From contig JAIEQC010000050.1 in assembly GCA_019748055.1 (NCBI GenBank), forward strand, positions 24,817 to 88,816: 64,000 nt of DNA, in the 5' to 3' direction. Both the position numbers and the translations under genes were made by a program. Under the pieces are notes generated by a model. That model did no database searches and was not told the DNA's origin. It saw nothing but the letters and a program-made list of their open reading frames with translations. Each line of letters begins with the position of its first letter. Position 1 is the first letter of the stretch. This document shows, piece by piece, positions 22,215-31,631 of this stretch. This DNA comes from Caulobacteraceae bacterium (GTDB lineage: Bacteria; Pseudomonadota; Alphaproteobacteria; Caulobacterales; Caulobacteraceae).

Positions 22215-22988
22215 ATGACCGACGCCGCCGGCCCCCAGAAGACCTCGCCCTTCGGCTTCCGCGACATGGAGGCGGGCGAGAAGGTGCGCGCGGTGCGGGG
22301 CGTCTTCGAAAGCGTCGCCCCCAGCTACGACCGCATGAACGACCTGATGTCGGGCGGGGTGCACCGCCTGTGGAAGGACGCGGTGGCGGTCCGGATGAAC
22401 CCGCGTCCGGGCGAGACGATCCTGGACGTGGCGGGCGGCACCGGCGACCTGGCGCGACGCTATGCGGCCCTGGCCCGCAAGGCTCAGCAGCGGAACGGCG
22501 GCCCCGACGCCTCGGTCATCGTGCTGGACTACAACGCCGAGATGATCCGCGCGGGCGTCGCGCGCGGGCACGAGCCGGAGCTGACCTGGGTGGTCGGCGA
22601 CGCCATGGCCCTGCCCCTGCCCGACGCCTCGGTCGACGCCTATTCTATCGGTTTCGGAATCCGCAACGTGGCGGACGTCGCCCAGGCCCTGCGCGAGGCC
22701 CGACGCGTGCTGAAGCCCGGCGGCCGGTTCCTTTGCCTGGAGTTCAGTCGGCCGATCGCCGCGCCCATCCGCGCCGCCTATGACGCCTGGTCGTTCCACG
22801 CCATCCCGAAGATCGGCAAGTGGGTGGCGAAGGACGAGGACAGCTACGTCTATCTGGTGGAGAGCATCCGCCGCTTCCCGGACCAGCAGACGTTCAAGAC
22901 CATGATCGAGGCCGCCGGATTCGGCCGGGTGACCGTCACCAACCTGTCGGGCGGGGTCGCGGCCCTGCATCAGGGGTGGGCGATCTGA
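22215..22988 (+). CDS. ubiE: ubiquinone/menaquinone C-methyltransferase UbiE
   Basis: 257 aa with [24 protein letters not shown] and [11 protein letters not shown] motifs. Confidence 0.93.
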   Translation: MTDAAGPQKTSPFGFRDMEAGEKVRAVRGVFESVAPSYDRMNDLMSGGVHRLWKDAVAVRMNPRPGETILDVAGGTGDLARRYAALARKAQQRNGGPDASVIVLDYNAEMIRAGVARGHEPELTWVVGDAMALPLPDASVDAYSIGFGIRNVADVAQALREARRVLKPGGRFLCLEFSRPIAAPIRAAYDAWSFHAIPKIGKWVAKDEDSYVYLVESIRRFPDQQTFKTMIEAAGFGRVTVTNLSGGVAALHQGWAI

Positions 22989-23071
22989 CCCGGCTGGCCG
23001 ACGTCGCCACCCCTCCGCCCCCGCCGCCGGCCCAGCCGGTGCGGCGGCCTCTGGACGCCCTGATCCAGCTG

Positions 23072-24577
23072 ATGCGATGGGGCTGGGTGCTTCTGAGGCA
23101 CGACGCCCTGATCCCCCGCGAGATCACGCCCCTGCTGCCGCCCGGCGCGCGGCTGGTCGCCGGGCTGGCGCACCTGTTCGCCGGGCGCGGCGCGCGCGAG
23201 GGACGTCCGGGCCAGAGGCTGGGCCGCGCCTTCGAACATCTGGGGCCGGTGGCGATCAAACTGGGACAAGTGCTGGCCACGCGCGCCGACATCTTCGGCA
23301 TCGAGTTCGCCCGCGATCTGGGGCGACTGAAGGACAAGCTGCCCGCCTTTCCCCTGGCCGATGCGCGGCGCGAGATCGAGCGTGGCCTGGGTCGGCCGGT
23401 CGAGGCCCTGTTCGTCGATCTGGAGCCTGCTGTCGCAGCCGCCTCGCTGGCGCAGGCGCACCCGGCCCGCCTGCACGACGGGCGCAAGGTGGCGGTCAAG
23501 GTGCTGCGCCCCGGCGTGGAGCGGCGCGTGGCGCGCGGACTGGACGCCATGCGCCTGGCGGCGCGTCTGGCGCACCGCTTCGTACCGCTGTCGCGTCGGC
23601 TGGAGCCGCGCGCCTTCGTCGAGATCGTGGCGCGGTCCATGGTCATCGAGCTGGATATGCGGCTGGAGGCCGCCGCCGCGTCGGAGCTGGGCGAGGTCAT
23701 GGCCAGGGCCCGGGACGCCGGCCGCGCCCACATGTCGGCCCCCGCCGTCGTCTGGGACGGCGTGGGCAAGCGAGTGCTGACCCTGGAATGGGCGCCCGGC
23801 CTGCCGATGACCGACCCGGCCGCGGCCGAGCAGCCGGGGCTCGACAAGGACGCGCTCGCCGACAATGTGGTGCGGGCTTTCCTGATCCAGGCGCTGGATC
23901 ACGGAACTTTCCATGCCGATCTGCACGAGGGGAACCTGTTCTGTCATGCCCCGGCCGAGCTGACGGCGATCGACTTCGGCATCGTCGGCCGGCTGGGTCC
24001 GGCCGAGCGGCGTTACCTTGCCGAGATCCTCTGGGGCTTCCAGAACCGCAACTACGACCGGATCGCCGCAGTTCATTTCGAGGCCGGGTACGTCCCGCCT
24101 GAGCATTCGGTCGAGGCCTTCGCCCAGGCGCTTCGGGCGGTCGGCGAGCCCGTGATCGGCAAGCAGGCGTCGCAGGTGTCGATGGGGAGGTTGCTGGGCC
24201 AACTGTTCGAGATCACCGAACTGTTCGACATGCACCTGAGGCCCGAACTGATCCTGCTGCAGAAGACCATGGTCTCGGTCGAGGGCGTGGCGCGGCGGCT
24301 GAATCCCGACCACGACCTGTGGGCGGCCGCCGAACCGGTCGTCGCCGCATGGATCAGGCGAGAACTCGGCCCACAGGCCCAGGTACGAGACCTGCTGGAG
24401 GAGGCGCGGGCCGTGTTGAAGGCCCTGTCTCGTCAGGCCCAGGCCCCACATACGCCGCCCGCTGTCGTCGTCGAGCGCGCCCGGACGCCCCTTTGGCCTT
24501 CGGTTCTCGCCGTGCTCGCATTCTTGGCCGGAGCCCTTGCCCTCGTTCGGTCGTTTTGGCCGGACATTCTGGGGTGA
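23072..24577 (+). CDS. ubiB: ubiquinone biosynthesis regulatory kinase-like protein UbiB
   Basis: ABC1/UbiB kinase-like motifs (LGPVAIKLGQVLATRADI, AAASLAQAH, KVLRPGV, HADLHEGNL) and a C-terminal TM helix. The start is uncertain: the ATG at 23072 was chosen, but an upstream non-ATG start near 22985 is possible. Confidence 0.88.
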   Translation: MRWGWVLLRHDALIPREITPLLPPGARLVAGLAHLFAGRGAREGRPGQRLGRAFEHLGPVAIKLGQVLATRADIFGIEFARDLGRLKDKLPAFPLADARREIERGLGRPVEALFVDLEPAVAAASLAQAHPARLHDGRKVAVKVLRPGVERRVARGLDAMRLAARLAHRFVPLSRRLEPRAFVEIVARSMVIELDMRLEAAAASELGEVMARARDAGRAHMSAPAVVWDGVGKRVLTLEWAPGLPMTDPAAAEQPGLDKDALADNVVRAFLIQALDHGTFHADLHEGNLFCHAPAELTAIDFGIVGRLGPAERRYLAEILWGFQNRNYDRIAAVHFEAGYVPPEHSVEAFAQALRAVGEPVIGKQASQVSMGRLLGQLFEITELFDMHLRPELILLQKTMVSVEGVARRLNPDHDLWAAAEPVVAAWIRRELGPQAQVRDLLEEARAVLKALSRQAQAPHTPPAVVVERARTPLWPSVLAVLAFLAGALALVRSFWPDILG

Positions 24578-24605
24578 AACGCGCCCTGTTCAGGAGTTCT
24601 CCGCC

Positions 24606-25082
24606 ATGAAGACCGTCCCCATCATCATGGCGGCCCTCACCGCCGGCATGGCCGGAACCGCCGTCGCGCAGGAAACGGTCGCGGCCGGGCGAATCCAGAA
24701 CACCTTCGACGGGTCGGGTCGGCAGACCGCGGTCGCCGTGCCCGCGCGCAGCGAACCCGACCCCCGGTCGGAGCCCGCGATCCGGGCCTTCATCGGCGGC
24801 CTGCAGACCGGAACTGTGGATTGGAACGCCTTCACACCCAGTATGGTCGAGCAGATGCAGCCGGGCGAGGCCGCGGCGGTGGAGATGATCGGGGGTCTTG
24901 GTGCGCTGGAAAGCGTGGAGTGGTTTCAACACCGCTCTGGAATGGATCACTATCTGGTCCGGTTTGAGAACGCCGACACTCAGTGGATCATAGGCTTCGA
25001 CGACGCAGACAAAATCGCGGCCCTTTTGTTCAGACCGGCCCCGCCGATTCCGTCATCGACCGAGGCCGTCGCCGAAGACTGA
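24606..25082 (+). CDS. hypothetical exported protein
   Basis: The ATG at 24606 gives the signal peptide MKTVPIIMAALTAGMAGTAVAQE. No catalytic motif recognised. Confidence 0.6.
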   Translation: MKTVPIIMAALTAGMAGTAVAQETVAAGRIQNTFDGSGRQTAVAVPARSEPDPRSEPAIRAFIGGLQTGTVDWNAFTPSMVEQMQPGEAAAVEMIGGLGALESVEWFQHRSGMDHYLVRFENADTQWIIGFDDADKIAALLFRPAPPIPSSTEAVAED

Positions 25083-25084
25083 CC

Positions 25085-25486
<402 letters not shown>

Positions 25487-25511
25487 TCCGCCATGATGCC
25501 GTCCTCGAGCG

Positions 25512-26480
25512 TCAGCCCCAAGGCCCCCGGCGCGGCGCCGGCGTCTCAGGCACGCTGGCGCCCGACCAAGGTGCGGTGACGGCGGCGGCGGGGATCGGCG
25601 TGGGCGCGGCCCGCACGGGCACTCCCATCCGGGTCGCCAGCTCCAGCAGCGCCTTCACACGATTGCCCGTCGCCGGATGGGTCGAGAACAGATTGTCTGC
25701 GCCCTTGCCGGCCAGAGGGTTGATGATGAACAGCTGGGCCGAGGCCGGATTGCGCTCGGCCGTCGGATTCACGATGCGGCGGGCGTGGGCCTCGATCTTC
25801 TGGAGCGCGCTGGCCAGGGCCTGGGGGTCGCCGGCGATCTCGGCCCCGACGCGGTCGGCTTCATATTCGCGCGAGCGGCTGATGGCCATCTGCACCAAGG
25901 CAGCGGCCATGGGGGCCAACAGCATCAAGGCGATCGTGCCGATCATGCCGCCGGGCCGATCCCGGTCGCCGCCGAAGATCAGGGCGAAGTTGGCCAGTGC
26001 GGAGATCGCGCCCGCGATCGTCGCCGTCACCGTCATCGTCATCGTCAGGGTGTCGCGGTTCTTCACGTGCGCCAGTTCGTGGGCCATCACGCCGCGCACC
26101 TCCTCACGGGTCAGCAGGTCCAGCAGGCCGGTGGTGGCGCAGACGGCGGCGTTCTTCGGGTCGCGGCCGGTGGCGAAGGCGTTCGGCTGATCCGATGGGA
26201 TGATCGCAACCTTCGGCCGGGGCAGGCCGGCGTCACGTGCCATCTCCACGACGTCGGTCACATAGGCGCGCACCATGGCGTTGGGGTGCGCCTCATCCAC
26301 GATCTGCGCCTTGTAGAGACGCATCACGATCTTGTCGGCGTTCCAGTAGCTGAACAGGTTCATCGCGCCCGCGATCGCCAGCGCAATCAGCATGCCGTTG
26401 ACTCCGCCCAGCCACAGGCCGACGGCGCCGAACAGGGCGGTCAGCGCCGCCAGCAGGATGAAGGTCTTCAGATGGTTCAT
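25512..26480 (-). CDS. htpX: zinc metalloprotease HtpX
   Basis: The ATG at 26480 gives [14 protein letters not shown].... Contains [10 protein letters not shown] (HExxH) and four TM segments. Confidence 0.92.
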   Translation of the reverse strand: MNHLKTFILLAALTALFGAVGLWLGGVNGMLIALAIAGAMNLFSYWNADKIVMRLYKAQIVDEAHPNAMVRAYVTDVVEMARDAGLPRPKVAIIPSDQPNAFATGRDPKNAAVCATTGLLDLLTREEVRGVMAHELAHVKNRDTLTMTMTVTATIAGAISALANFALIFGGDRDRPGGMIGTIALMLLAPMAAALVQMAISRSREYEADRVGAEIAGDPQALASALQKIEAHARRIVNPTAERNPASAQLFIINPLAGKGADNLFSTHPATGNRVKALLELATRMGVPVRAAPTPIPAAAVTAPWSGASVPETPAPRRGPWG

Positions 26481-26556
26481 AATCGCAGTCTCGTCGCGGA
26501 ACCCGCCGCACTGCATTAAATGAGAAGCCGTACCTCCGCCTCAAGAGAAAGCCCCT

Positions 26557-26781
26557 GTGACCGAAGCGCCCACCGACGCCCCGCACCTGAACGCCGACGT
26601 GCCCGGAGCGCGCCCGGACCGGCCTCTTACAGACGTGGAGAGAGCCGTTCTGATGGAGGCCGAGGCGCGCCGACGCGCGGCCGCTGATCTCGACCTGCCG
26701 CCCGAAGACGGCGGCCCGCGCGGGCCGGAACCGACGCGCTACGGCGACTGGGAGAAGAAGGGGCTGGCGATCGACTTCTGA
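26557..26781 (+). CDS. DUF1674-family small protein
   Basis: GTG start. The C-terminus [18 protein letters not shown] is the DUF1674 signature. Confidence 0.75.
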   Translation: MTEAPTDAPHLNADVPGARPDRPLTDVERAVLMEAEARRRAAADLDLPPEDGGPRGPEPTRYGDWEKKGLAIDF

Positions 26782-26878
26782 CGTTCGCCGCTCGGGCGAA
26801 ATTCGCCTGACGCAGGATTTTCGAACCGGCGCGGGCGATTGGCGTTAACCTTTGCTAAACCACGCGGAGGAGGGACCC

Positions 26879-27493
26879 ATGCGCCGCATCGTCTTCGGAG
26901 CCTTGGCGGGCACGGCCGTGCTGGCGGCGGCCGGCGCCGCTTCGGCCCAGTACGTCACCTATGGACAGCCGAGCTACGGGGCACAGGCTCACGTGACCTA
27001 TGGCCAGCCGACGGTTCAGGACTACCGCTACGCCCACGGCGGCCAGACGGCCGTCGTGGAGAGCCGTCCGGGCGCCTATGCGGCGACCGGCGCCTGGGCC
27101 GACGGCCGATCGGGATATGGATACGGTTACGGCTCGGGCGGCGTCGGCTACGGCGGTTGCCATGACCGCTGCGGCGGTCACTACGCGCCTCCGCCGCCCT
27201 CATACGGATGCAGTTCCCCGTGCGGAGGCTATGGCCAGGGCTACGCCCACGCCGGCGGATACGCCTACTCGCAGACGACACACTGGTCCGAGCGCCGGGG
27301 TCACTGGAGCCGGTATCGGGCCTATGGTCGTCACGACCGCGGCGGGCGCTACGGCTACAGCGTGGGTCACGACCGGCGCGGCTACTACGAGCGGGACGGC
27401 TACCACGACGACCGGCCGCCTGCCGGTCACGACCGTCGCCGGCGTGGCCACGACCGCGACTGCGACTGCTACACCATTCTGGATGACCGCTGA
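26879..27493 (+). CDS. secreted Gly/Tyr/Arg/His-rich protein
   Basis: The ATG at 26879 gives the signal peptide MRRIVFGALAGTAVLAAAGAASA. Repeated VTYGQP units, G/Y-rich middle, R/H/D-rich tail. Confidence 0.6.
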   Translation: MRRIVFGALAGTAVLAAAGAASAQYVTYGQPSYGAQAHVTYGQPTVQDYRYAHGGQTAVVESRPGAYAATGAWADGRSGYGYGYGSGGVGYGGCHDRCGGHYAPPPPSYGCSSPCGGYGQGYAHAGGYAYSQTTHWSERRGHWSRYRAYGRHDRGGRYGYSVGHDRRGYYERDGYHDDRPPAGHDRRRRGHDRDCDCYTILDDR

Positions 27494-27502
27494 GCCGCTG
27501 GA

Positions 27503-28225
27503 TCAGGCGGCGGCCATCTCGGCGGCGATGCGAGCCGCGGCCATCAGCGGGTCGGGGTCGGCGAGCACGGGCCGCGCGACCACAAGATGCGTGGCGCCGG
27601 CCTGGAGCGCCTCAGCCGGCGTGGCGACCCGCTGCTGATCCCCCACGTCGGCGCCCGCTGGGCGGACGCCGGGCGTGACGATCAGGAACTCAGGGCGGCC
27701 GGCCTGGACCGCAATTTCACGTACGCGAGCGGCCTCCAGCGGGCTTGAAACGACGCCGTCGAGGCCGCAGTCCAGCGCTTGGCGCACGCGCCGCTCAACC
27801 AGCGTGGCCGCGTCGTCCGAATGGCCCAACTCAATCAGGTCGGCGTCCGACAGGCTGGTCAGCACGGTCACGCCGAGGATCTTCGTGCCGGTACCGGCAG
27901 TGTCGCGGCCCTTGAGCGCCGCGCGCATCACCTGCGGGTGAGCGTGGACGGTGAGAAAGTCGCAGCCGCCCTCGGCCACCGACCGCGCCGCGCCTTCGAC
28001 CTGAGCGCCGATGTCGTGCAGCTTCCAGTCCTGGAACACCGCCTTGCCGCATGCCCGCAGCTCATGGGCGAACGCCACCCCGCCGGGACGCGAGAGCAGG
28101 GTCAGGCCGATCTTGTAGCTTTCGACCGCGCCGCCCAACCGGTCGACCATGGCCCTCGCCGCGTCCAGCGACGGCAGGTCCAGCCCGACGAACAGACGCG
28201 GATCGGACAGGAGAGGGCTGGTCAT
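27503..28225 (-). CDS. pyrF: orotidine 5'-phosphate decarboxylase
   Basis: The internal ATG at 28225 gives MTSPLLSDPRLFVGLDLP...FQDWKLHDIG...IVTPGVRP, OMP decarboxylase motifs. The remainder of the 502-aa tracked ORF was rejected. Confidence 0.9.
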   Translation of the reverse strand: MTSPLLSDPRLFVGLDLPSLDAARAMVDRLGGAVESYKIGLTLLSRPGGVAFAHELRACGKAVFQDWKLHDIGAQVEGAARSVAEGGCDFLTVHAHPQVMRAALKGRDTAGTGTKILGVTVLTSLSDADLIELGHSDDAATLVERRVRQALDCGLDGVVSSPLEAARVREIAVQAGRPEFLIVTPGVRPAGADVGDQQRVATPAEALQAGATHLVVARPVLADPDPLMAAARIAAEMAAA

Positions 28226-28315
28226 CGTCGATCCTCCGGCCCTCAGGGGGTGGACGCGGGCGGGCGCTTCCCCCCATGAAGGGGTCTGGGCTGGTTTGAG
28301 GGGCGAGCGAAGGTC

Positions 28316-29014
28316 ATGGACGCGGTCGATCTGGGGGTCAACCTGTTCGTGGCGCTGTTCGCCCTGGTCGATCCCATCGGCAACATCCCCATCTTCGCGG
28401 CCGCCACGGCGGGCGCCAGCCTGCGGCAGAGGGCGTCGCTGGCGGCGCTGATCTGCATCTTCGCGGCTTTCCTGCTGGGCTTCTTCTTCCTGACGGGCCT
28501 GTCGCTGCTGCAGTTCTTCGGCATCTCGCTGGCGGCGTTCCGGATCGCGGGCGGCATCCTGCTGCTGCTGCTGGGCCTGCACATGACGGGCGACGACTTT
28601 CTGAAGAGCTTCACCGACGCCGACGCGGGGACGGACCTGAAGGACGTGCGGGGCTATGCGCGGCGGCGGTTTCAGCGTCTGGTCGTGCCCTTCGCCATGC
28701 CGCTGATGATCGGCCCGGGCGCCATCTCGACCATGATCATCCAGGCGGGCGAGGCGGCCAAGATCGGGCCGGCGGCCACGATCGCGGGCTACGTCGCCAT
28801 TGCCGCGGCGGCCTTCGTCACCTTCATCTGCTTCGCTCTGACCGGGCCGATCAGCCGTCTGCTGGGCGAGGTCGGCATGGCGATCATCGTGCGCGTTCTG
28901 GGCCTGATCCTGTGCGCCCTGGCCATTCAGTTCATCCTGCTGGGCCTGTCGGAGGCCATTCCGGGCATGATCAGCGGCGCGGTGACCACGCCCTATCCCG
29001 ACGCGGGTCACTGA
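28316..29014 (+). CDS. MarC-family (UPF0056) integral membrane protein
   Basis: 232 aa. N-terminal FVALFALVDPIGNIPIF motif and six hydrophobic segments. Confidence 0.85.
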   Translation: MDAVDLGVNLFVALFALVDPIGNIPIFAAATAGASLRQRASLAALICIFAAFLLGFFFLTGLSLLQFFGISLAAFRIAGGILLLLLGLHMTGDDFLKSFTDADAGTDLKDVRGYARRRFQRLVVPFAMPLMIGPGAISTMIIQAGEAAKIGPAATIAGYVAIAAAAFVTFICFALTGPISRLLGEVGMAIIVRVLGLILCALAIQFILLGLSEAIPGMISGAVTTPYPDAGH

Positions 29015-29020
29015 GGCCGG

Positions 29021-29530
29021 TCAGAAGGCGGGGGCCGTCGCCGTCCGCCGGTCGAAGTCGTCCTGGGCCGCGACGGTCGAGCGCCGGTACATCAGCGCCT
29101 CGGCCACATGCGACCGCCGGATGCCGTCGGCGCCGTCCAGATCGGCGATGGTGCGGGCCAGTCGCAGCGTGCGCGTCCAGCCGCGCGCGGTGAGCCCCGC
29201 CGCCTCTCCGGCCCGCGCCAGCAAGGCCTTGCCGGCCTCGTCGGGCGACGCGAACCGCTCCAGCGCCTCGCCCTCCAGCCGCGCGTTGATCCCGCCGGTC
29301 CGGGCCGTCTGGGCGTCGCGCGCGGAGGCCACCCGGGCGGCCGCCTCGGCCGTGCCCTCCGCCGGCGCCGGCAGAGCCATGTCCGCCGCGGTCACCGGCG
29401 GAACCTCCACCGTCAGGTCGATGCGGTCGAACAGGGGGCCGGAGATGCGCCCGGCATAGTCGCGCTGGCAGCGTGGAGCCTTGCCGCAGGCCCCCTTGCC
29501 CGCACCGCCGAGGCCGCAGCGGCATGCTCG
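29021..29530 (-). pseudogene. comM: comM (YifB/Mg-chelatase-like ATPase), 3' fragment only
   Basis: CRCGLGGAGKGACGKAPRCQRDYAGRISGPLFDRIDLTVEVPP...ARGWTRTLRLARTIADLDG...HVAEALMYRR matches only the last third of ComM. The AAA+ and Lon-like N-terminal two thirds are absent, and similarity stops near 29525-29535. Confidence 0.75.
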
Positions 29531-29588
29531 TGTTGCCCTTTTGCTTGCCGGCATTCAGCGATCCCTAGTCGCGCCTCGGCGAGAATCT

Positions 29589-29969
29589 GTGCTGCTGCAG
29601 GATGCGAGCGTTGGGCAACGACTTGCGCATCGTCGCTACGAGTTGGGACATCGAATAGTCGATGCCGCGGGTCTAGGCGGCGTCGATACAAAAACATGGA
29701 TGGGGTGGGAGCGGGAGGAACACGCACCGACCGTTCAGCACTATCCTGCGCTCATCCGGTACCTCGGATCGGAGCCATGGGCGGTGCCGGATACGCTCGG
29801 AGACAGGCTTCTTGCTCAACGTCGGCGCCTGGGATTGTCGATAAAGCGTGCTGCGATAATCTCGGGTGTCGATGAGGGAACGTTTCGGCGGTGGGAGCGC
29901 GGGGACTGGAAGCCTCAGCCCAGATCGCTCTCTTTGATCGAGGCGTTTCTAGAACGGGCGGAGATTTAG
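29589..29969 (+). CDS. tandem-HTH (XRE-like) regulator at island edge
   Basis: Two HTH-like repeats, each ending in W-x-W/R-E-R (VDTKTWMGWEREEH and VDEGTFRRWERGDW). The GTG at 29589 is a plausible start. The tracked ORF start at 29481 overlaps the comM remnant. Confidence 0.6.
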   Translation: MLLQDASVGQRLAHRRYELGHRIVDAAGLGGVDTKTWMGWEREEHAPTVQHYPALIRYLGSEPWAVPDTLGDRLLAQRRRLGLSIKRAAIISGVDEGTFRRWERGDWKPQPRSLSLIEAFLERAEI

Positions 29970-30079
29970 CACCTGTGCGGTCTCGTGCCCGTCCGACCGG
30001 AAGTATGAGGCTGTCCCCACATTGCCGGGCAGTGACGCTGGTCTGAATGGTATCGCATACTGGCTGAGAACCCGGAGGG

Positions 30080-31171
30080 TCATGCGAGGGCACCGGTCGC
30101 GTGATTGGCGCACTGGTCAAGGAGCCTGCAGAGCGGGGTGTCGGGCTCGTCAATCATATCCAAGAGACGTTTCAGGACCGCTCCAGGTCTGTCTACAAGG
30201 TCGTTGCGACTGAAGGTGTCCGATGGAAGGCCCAACCCCCTTAGGGGCGTGGCGGGACGGCCTTCAAGGACCGTCGCCGTCACCCATGGCAGGATCCAGA
30301 ACAGCACAAGCGCGTGGCCGAGCCGATATCGCACCGCAGCCTGGTTTGCGTAGCTCAGGGCCTGGCCCAGCGCGACGTGGGGGCCGTCGTTACGAACGGC
30401 GGCGGCCCTGAAGCGGGTGATCCAGCCGCGTTCGCGGGGATAGCCCGCCGTACAGAAGTAGAGGGTAGGGTCTTCAAGGATGCGGCGCGGCGACGTGAGC
30501 GCGCCGGCGCGCTCCACGCGACGGCGGGTCGCGCCTGTCAGCGCTCGCGCGCGCAAGAACAGGCGCGTCGTCTCGGCATGCAGCTCGGAGCCGTCCGGCG
30601 CATATTCTCGTTGCAGGCCGCCCCACCGCTGATAATCGATGAGGCGATAACCGCAGGCCTTGTCGTCAACGAGCGTCTCTTGGGCGTCATCGACTTCGTA
30701 GGCGCGGAGCACCTGATCCACTTTCAGCTCCAGTTCGCGGTAAGCGAGCAGACGCGAACTGCCGTCCTGGGCACGACCAATCGATCCTTCGAGCAGAACA
30801 TTGGCGCCAGCGGCTGCCCTCATGCGCTCGAGGTATCCTGGCAAATAGATCGTGTCGGCGTCCCCCTGCAGAATCAGGACATCGTCGGGGCGAAGGCCTC
30901 GCTTTTGCGCAAGGTCAGCCGCATGCAGCACACCCCGGTGCCTGGGGGGCACGAAGCCGCGCCTACGTTCACGCACGCGGTGGATGCGACCATCACCACT
31001 CGAGACCAAACCACCAAGAATGGTCCACGTGGCGTCTGTCGATCCATTGTCCACGAGGATGATATCCGCGTCGGGTGGGAGTGGGTTCGACTCCGTCAGC
31101 GAATTCGCCGTCGCATGGACATGCGCCTCCTCATTCAAGCAAGGGATGACGATGGCCACATGCGTCGCCAC
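30080..31171 (-). CDS. family 2 glycosyltransferase
   Basis: VAIVIPCLNEE...IILVDNGSTD...LQGDADTIY (DxD) are GT-A/GT2 motifs. Last gene of the operon, 4 nt after the GNAT stop. Confidence 0.85.
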   Translation of the reverse strand: MATHVAIVIPCLNEEAHVHATANSLTESNPLPPDADIILVDNGSTDATWTILGGLVSSGDGRIHRVRERRRGFVPPRHRGVLHAADLAQKRGLRPDDVLILQGDADTIYLPGYLERMRAAAGANVLLEGSIGRAQDGSSRLLAYRELELKVDQVLRAYEVDDAQETLVDDKACGYRLIDYQRWGGLQREYAPDGSELHAETTRLFLRARALTGATRRRVERAGALTSPRRILEDPTLYFCTAGYPRERGWITRFRAAAVRNDGPHVALGQALSYANQAAVRYRLGHALVLFWILPWVTATVLEGRPATPLRGLGLPSDTFSRNDLVDRPGAVLKRLLDMIDEPDTPLCRLLDQCANHATGALA

Positions 31172-31175
31172 AGGG

Positions 31176-31631
31176 TCAGCGCTGCCGAACCCAGCGCATC
31201 AGGCACTGTGAATGGTCGATCGGGGTGACGTCTTCGTAGCCCGCCGCCGCCGCTGCCCGCCTCGACGCCTCGTTGGATTTGCGCATATGTGCGTAAATCA
31301 TGTCGTACTGGCTTTCCTCACTCGCCAGTCGATAGGCGATGCGGCCGATTCCGAGGCCTTGGCTCTGCCGGTTGAGGTATATTTGGATCGAGGCGTGGGG
31401 GCCGATCGGCGGTTCGTTGATCCAGTTGATGTAGACCCGCCCCGCGCGGGAGTTTTTAAGGAAGACCGACCAGGCTTCCCCGCCGGGGCCGCCGCCAGTC
31501 TCCGCCCCACCCTTCCCGCGCGAGAGCCGGACGTCGCTCGGCGAGACCCGCTCCTCCGGCGGAGCCGGCGCGACGGGTCTGGGCTTGGGTGTGGCGCGGG
31601 TCCCCGGACGCCGCTTGGGAGATTTAGGCAT
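31176..31631 (-). CDS. GNAT-like acetyltransferase with basic Pro-rich N-terminus
   Basis: The ATG at 31631 gives MPKSPKRRPGTRATPKPRP.... The core QIYLNRQSQGLGIGRIAYRLA...NEASRRAAAAAGYE resembles the GNAT motif A/B. Confidence 0.6.
   Translation of the reverse strand: MPKSPKRRPGTRATPKPRPVAPAPPEERVSPSDVRLSRGKGGAETGGGPGGEAWSVFLKNSRAGRVYINWINEPPIGPHASIQIYLNRQSQGLGIGRIAYRLASEESQYDMIYAHMRKSNEASRRAAAAAGYEDVTPIDHSQCLMRWVRQR

Noticed and set aside
22820-23071. GTG start at 22820 for ubiB
   Set aside because: It would overlap ubiE by 169 nt, and the extra residues are Gly/Arg/Pro-rich. A start between 22985 and 23072 is more plausible, but the exact start remains uncertain.
28226-29011. N-terminal extension of the pyrF ORF (tracked as 502 aa)
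   Set aside because: It is antisense to the MarC-family gene with low-complexity, charged composition. The PyrF similarity begins at MTSPLLSDPRLFVGLD.
29970-30079. Second copy of a RiPP precursor downstream of the GT2 gene or in 34910-35368
   Set aside because: No additional small ORF ending in aromatic-x-Arg repeats was seen by eye on either strand. A systematic small-ORF scan was not possible.
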